DNA from: Octopus sinensis
Taxonomy: Eukaryota
Assembly (NCBI RefSeq): GCF_006345805.1
Contig: NC_043005.1
Span: 77,004,001-77,068,000 of the forward strand
Length of the DNA stretch: 64,000 bases
Reading direction: 5' to 3'
Shown here in pieces: positions 58,570 through 64,000 of this stretch (within the stretch, counting starts at the first letter, position 1; the number at the start of each line of letters is the position of its first letter). Below the pieces are notes generated by a model. The model was given only the letters and a program-made list of their open reading frames with translations, ran no database searches and had not been told where the DNA came from. Position numbers and translations under genes: made by a program.

Positions 58570-59165
58570 GTAAGGCAGCAAGCTGGCAGAATCGTTAGCA
58601 CACCGGCCGCAATTCTTAGCGGTTTTACGTTCGTCTTTCCACACTGATATAAAAATTCGCCGAGGTCGACTTTGTCTTTTATCGTTTCGGGGTCGATAAA
58701 ATAAGTACCAGATGAACACTGCGGTCAATATAGTTGACTTATTTCTCCCCTAAAATTGCTGGCCTTGTGCCAAAATAGGAAACCATTAATATTAGTACAA
58801 AGGCGGCGAGCTGGCAGAATCGTTAGCACGCCAGCCGGAATGCTTAGCGGTATTTCGGCTGCCGCTACGTTCTGAGTTCAAATTCCGCCGAGGTCGACTT
58901 TGCCTTTCATTCTTTCGGGTCGATTAAATAAGTACCAGTTACGCACTGGGATCAATATAATCGACTTAATCCGTTTGTCTGTCCTTGTTTGTCCTCTCTG
59001 TGTTTAGCCCCTTGTGGGTAGTAAAGAAATAGGTATTTCGTTTGCCGTTACGTTCTGAGTTCAAATTCCGCCGAGGTCTACTTTGCCTTTCATCCTTTCG
59101 GGGCCGATAAGTTAAGTACCAGTTACGCACGGGGGTTGATGTAATCGACTTAACCCCTTCCTTAA
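58570..59165 (+). mobile_element. SINE family C copies, one with tandem subunit
   Basis: Best-preserved head at 58802 (GGCGGCGAGCTGGCAGAATCGTTAGCACGCC..GAGTTCAAATTCC). Confidence 0.9.
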
Positions 59166-59173
59166 ATCCTTAA

Positions 59174-59520
59174 ATGACTAGGAGGAGACCTCCTTCTGTC
59201 ATGAATGAACATGGGATTGCACCTAGAATGTTACCCTCCGAGGTACGAGTCCGGGCAACGTTGTTTGTGGAAAACCAGCACTCGCCCATGCATACTGGTC
59301 TCCCCTCTCCACGCCACCGATGTCATCCTAGGGAAAGGCAAAGGGGCCGATACACCTTGGCACCTGTGACGTCGCAACTCATTTCTGCAGCTGAGTTAAC
59401 TGGAGCAACGTGAAATAAAGTGTCTTGCTCAAGAACACAACACGCAGCCCGGTCCGGGAATCGAACTCACAACCTCATGCTCGTAAGCTCGACGTTCTAA
59501 CCATTGAGTCATGCGCCTTC
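59174..59520 (-). mobile_element. SINE family M, long-tail type
   Basis: Reverse complement of 61058-61384. Confidence 0.85.
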
Positions 59521-59544
59521 ACTTAAATGACTACATGACCCAAT

Positions 59545-59790
59545 ATTAATCAATCTCCCAGTTTACACATCCTCACAGACAAAGCAAAAAATATTTACGA
59601 AACAAACGTTCTCACACATTCAAGACTCCTCACAAGCGCCATCACCAAAAACATACTAAAACAGCCGTAATTCCACATACAGTGACATAAACATAGAAGC
59701 AAAGGAGCTAGCTAAAACACTGCGAAGCGCATTGTGACCAGCGATGTGTAGCAACATCTGATAGCCTGGTCAGTCACCTGATCACGTGAT
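59545..59790 (+). mobile_element. Penelope-like RT fragment fused to the SINE A tail
   Basis: TDKAKNIYE..LLTSAITK(frameshift)TY*..YSDINIEAKELAKTL, then SINE A tail 59711-59790. Confidence 0.65.
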
Positions 59791-59871
59791 ATATAAAGTA
59801 GTAAATATGTTTATGCACGTGCTATCACGTGTCTTGTTCATGCATGTGTGAGTGTGTATATATATTCACAT

Positions 59872-59908
<37 letters not shown>

Positions 59909-61057
59909 CATGCATATATATGTGTATATGTATACACACGCACACACATACACACACTCACACATATATATCCATGGACACACACATATGCAACTCAACT
60001 TATTCATCCTCGATTTTTCCCGTTTGGGACTTGTTTCTCATTAATTCAAGAACTAACAAGACGTTCTAATTAGAATATCTCAGTTATATACAATAATTAT
60101 GTTCCATTGATATTTCTTAACGTGAAATATATGTAAACTAACTCATTTAATTCAATGAATATTTAGCACGCCGGCATTTTGTACGCTTTTGCATCTTGTA
60201 AAGGTATTTTATACGCATTTGGTGGCATTAGGAGTGAAATATCGCCGAGTTCAACTGTGCCTTTCATTCTTTGTGGATCGATGTAACATGTACCTGTCAA
60301 GCACTGCTATTGATGTTACCGACGTGCCCTTTTCCCTTATATGTCAGGCTCTGGGCCTGTAACAGAAGTATACTTATCAGGTCTTCGTCACTTAACTTGA
60401 ATAAATACGAGACTAGAAAAATAATTTCTGGTGTACGTTTGTTTGACTAATCTCTCAAGGTGGTGCCCCAGCATGGCCGGGGACCAGTGAATAAAACAAG
60501 TAAAAGATATATATGGGAACAGGTAAATAATTTTTCGAAACGATGTGGCCCTTGTTGCTACTGTTTTTGTGCAGGGCCGTCTTTATGTACGTACAGAGGA
60601 TTTAAAACAATCCACCTACAAGTATCCATCTTTTTAAGGGTGTCCAAGATTTCGTTATCTATTTTTTCTTGTATTTTTATTTTTTGTCTTGTTTTTATAT
60701 TTCAGTCCTTGCTGTATACTCCATGTATACTCTCTTTTAGGGTTTATTCAATCAAATCGATCCGAGTAATTTTTTGGGTTCTTTTTTTTTTTTTGGTAAA
60801 CGCTGAAATTTTTTCAGTCTTTGTCATTTACTGAACTGCTACGTTACGTGAAGCCTTAAAAAAGAACTACACAAATGGAGGGAACGACAAATATAACTGC
60901 ACGCACATTCATATACACATATTTACGTGTGTTATATATACAGACTGGTGCAAAAGTAGGTATACAGCTATGAAAATAGAAAACACGTACGTTACTAATT
61001 TTTTATCGAAAAGATTAAAAGTTATGATATAAGTTAAGATAAAGGTTATGATAAAAG

Positions 61058-61384
61058 TATGGCTCAGTGGTTAGAGCGTCAAGCTTACGATCGTGAGGTT
61101 GTGAGTTCGATTCTCGGATCGGGTTGCGTGTTGTGTTCTTGATAAAGACACTTTATTTCACGTTGCTCTAGTTAACTCAGCTGTAGAAATGAGTTGCGAC
61201 ATCACTGGTGCCAAGCTCTATTGGCCTTTGCCTTTCCCTTGAAAAACATCAGTGGTGTGAAAAGAGGAGGCTAGTATGTATAGGCGACTACTGGTCTTCC
61301 ATAAACAACCTGGCCCGGACTTGTGCCCTGGAGGGTAACTTTCTAGGTGCAATCCCATGGTCATTCATGACCGAAGGGGGTCTC
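61058..61384 (+). mobile_element. SINE family M, long-tail type
   Basis: TGGCTCAGTGGTTAGAGCG A-box, GAGTTCGATTC B-box, core TTGTGTTCTTGATAAAGACACTTTATTTCAC. Confidence 0.88.
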
Positions 61385-61499
61385 AATCAATATGATTAAT
61401 GACACTGAAAATATCAAAAACGAGGCTGACTAATTTAATGTGCTAATAATATTATAAAATTGGTGTAATACTTACTTTATACTTTCTTATGCACCCAAC

Positions 61500-61543
<44 letters not shown>

Positions 61544-61771
61544 CAAAGTAAAGTTGGGGGTTACCGCACGAGTAAAAATATAAGGAAAATAATCTGAAAA
61601 TGATAATAAATCTCTGAGCGAGGTATAAACAGTAACTGCTCTTTAATATAAGCGGGATCAGCCATCTGAATGTGGCTAGGGACAGGGCGGGGTGGTGGGG
61701 GTGTTACTGATGCATTTAGCCCCAGGCGACTATTGACGTCACCAGAAGAGCCGACACCATCACGGTGTCCT

Positions 61772-62355
61772 TGCTGGAGTCTTTTAAAAGTATTTATTAA
61801 CTTAACCGGTTTCACTTGTTTAAAAAGATTTTCTAAAGTAATGTATGAGGCTTTGTGTATCCTCTATGGTGTCAGAAATTAGTTTACACAAATGTATTTA
61901 GATCAAGAGATAGAGTCTTTGACAATGATATGAAAAGGTTTGAGGTTTTGTGTATCCTCTGAATTGAGCCAAAAAATAGTTTACATAAAGACATTCAGAG
62001 AAGGTAATAAAATTTTTTTACAATGATAAGAAGATAAAAATTAGTTTACATAACTATATCCAAATCAAGTAATATATTACTTGATTTTAATATATTTATT
62101 TAAACTAATTTTTATCTTCGTATTGTAAACACTTTTATTACTTGATCTGAATATAAACTATTTTTTGACTAATCTCAGAGGATACGCGAAGTCTCAGATA
62201 TTTTCATAACATTATCAAAGACTCTATCACTTGATTTGAACACATTTATGTAAAATAATTTTTGACACCACAGAGGACAAACAAAGCCTCATACTTTACT
62301 TTTGAAAATCTTGCTAAATACGTGAAACAGGTTAAGTTAATAAAAGTCTCCGGCA
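61772..62355. repeat. Spacerless foldback palindrome, about 580 bp, with internal subrepeats
   Basis: Centre AAATCAAGTAAT-ATATTACTTGATTT near 62073; arms AAGATTTTCTAAAGTAATGTATGAGGCTTTGT / ACAAAGCCTCATACTTTACTTTTGAAAATCTT. Confidence 0.88.
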
Positions 62356-62370
62356 TTATCAGTTTCTATT

Positions 62371-62407
<37 letters not shown>

Positions 62408-62554
62408 AGTAGATGAATGAATTATCCTAGTATTGATAATTCTGTTAATCGATACCTGGGTAGCAAATTCACTTCAGTAAAACACGGTTGAAGTTACATG
62501 CCAAGGGCTGAACCCCGTGTTCGTGTGTGGAAATTTGTGTGTTTTTTTATATGA

Positions 62555-62671
62555 ATAAATGAAAAGAATGGAGTCGAACGAAGATTTTATCAAAATTCCT
62601 TTACTTTTGATAAATTCTTTTGATAAAATTCCTTTAATTTTGATAAAATCTTCGTTCACTCCATTCTTTTC

Positions 62672-62677
<6 letters not shown>
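62555..62677. mobile_element. Short foldback element related to 11515
   Basis: About 43-bp arms ATAAATGAAAAGAATGGAGTCGAACGAAGATTTTATCAAAATT and its inverse; followed by a TA tract. Confidence 0.85.
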
Positions 62678-62747
<70 letters not shown>

Positions 62748-63105
62748 GGATAAGCTTCCGGTACCGCGCAATAGGAGTGAACGTGAAACCATGTGGTTGC
62801 AAAGTGAATTTCTTAACCACACATCTATACCTTAACTTGTGAGTTCTTTCAATTTTTAAGACACTGGTGTGGAGTATTTGATGCAAGAAGGATTTGGCCG
62901 CTATTTCTAGGTGGGCAAAAGACTACGTAGAGGCGTTCTTAATTGGCTTTTATAGGTTGTTACAAGCAGGATACATATCTTTATTTTGCCCACTTTCTTT
63001 ATGAAATATGTATAACTGTTCAGTTCCTCAGAATCTGTATTGCTCTCTCTCTCTCCCTCTTTCTCTCTCTCTCTCTCCCTCTTTCTCCCTCTCTCTCTCT
63101 CTTTA

Positions 63106-63139
<34 letters not shown>

Positions 63140-63739
63140 ATTAAATAATATTTCTTCCTGCTAATGAATATCATTTCTTCTCGTCACGTTTGCTCCGGTC
63201 CTATTATTAATTTATCAATATATTACCAACGCAGTGTGTAGAGGATACCCATAAATATACATAGGAAACACATCTCCATATATTTAGTCCCACTGTAAAA
63301 TTAGATCCTGGAGGTTAGATAACAGTACATATTTATTATTAATTACTCTCTGATGGAGTTTCTTTTTATCGGACTTTCAAGACAAATTGGCTGTTCATTA
63401 ACCTGAGGTCGAATCAATATTTGGCTTGGTGGTGTAATCTAATATATCACAATCTCTGCTGTTCCTTCTTCAAACAATGAAGAATTTTAGAATGTATCAT
63501 TGCAGAATATCAGGTGTTTCTAATAAAATATGTATGATTCTGCTCACAGGAACAAAACAGGAATTTTCTTTACCAATTCCTGATGATAATTTTAGAATCA
63601 GTGAACATTTATATTGTACTTTAAGTATTTCAAAAATATGTATCATTAATTATCTGCAACGCAATTATTATCATTACGATCATTTCATATACACACAACA
63701 GATTAGATTTTTGGAAAATAAAAAAATCTTAACATCGAG

Positions 63740-63980
63740 TAACCTTAGATACCAAGAGCCCTAAGTATCCTAGCTCTCCCCAATAACGCTGTTTTCTGGA
63801 GCTGCACTAAACTGGGTTTTATGCCAATTTCCTCTATTTATCATCTCAAACCTGTAGGGATAGTCCCTAATACACCTATAACTACTGGGATATATTTTAC
63901 CCGAAAATTTCATAGTCTCTGTAACTCAATGGTTAGGTCCTGGTACTTTGATATTGTCTCTATATCTCTCATATTGACTT
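63740..63980 (-). mobile_element. R4/Dong-clade LINE 3' fragment
   Basis: KYQDLTIELQRL*..IPVVIGVLGTIPTGLR**IEEIGIKPSLVQLQKTALLGRARILR; TAA-type runs on both sides. Confidence 0.85.
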
Positions 63981-64000
63981 ATTATTATTATTATTATTGT

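Overview
AT-rich eukaryotic DNA saturated with microsatellites and transposons. The SINE set and (TA)n/(CA)n/(GATA)n density point to an octopus genome (inference, not searched). It reads as intronic or intergenic; no host protein-coding gene, true tRNA/rRNA gene or CRISPR array can be supported, and most listed ORFs are translated microsatellites. Main content: a full-length but pseudogenised Chapaev3 DNA transposon with TIRs and a TTA target duplication (39661-41843), two internally deleted mariners, Helitron/HINE elements, fragments of Penelope-like, R4/Dong, L1/Tx1 and CR1/L2-like retroelements, four tRNA-derived SINE families with swapped tails, and nine long palindromic (foldback) elements mostly beside TA tracts. 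The most interesting signal is a complete type I hammerhead ribozyme fold on the minus strand (12772-12829), next to a 100-N assembly gap.
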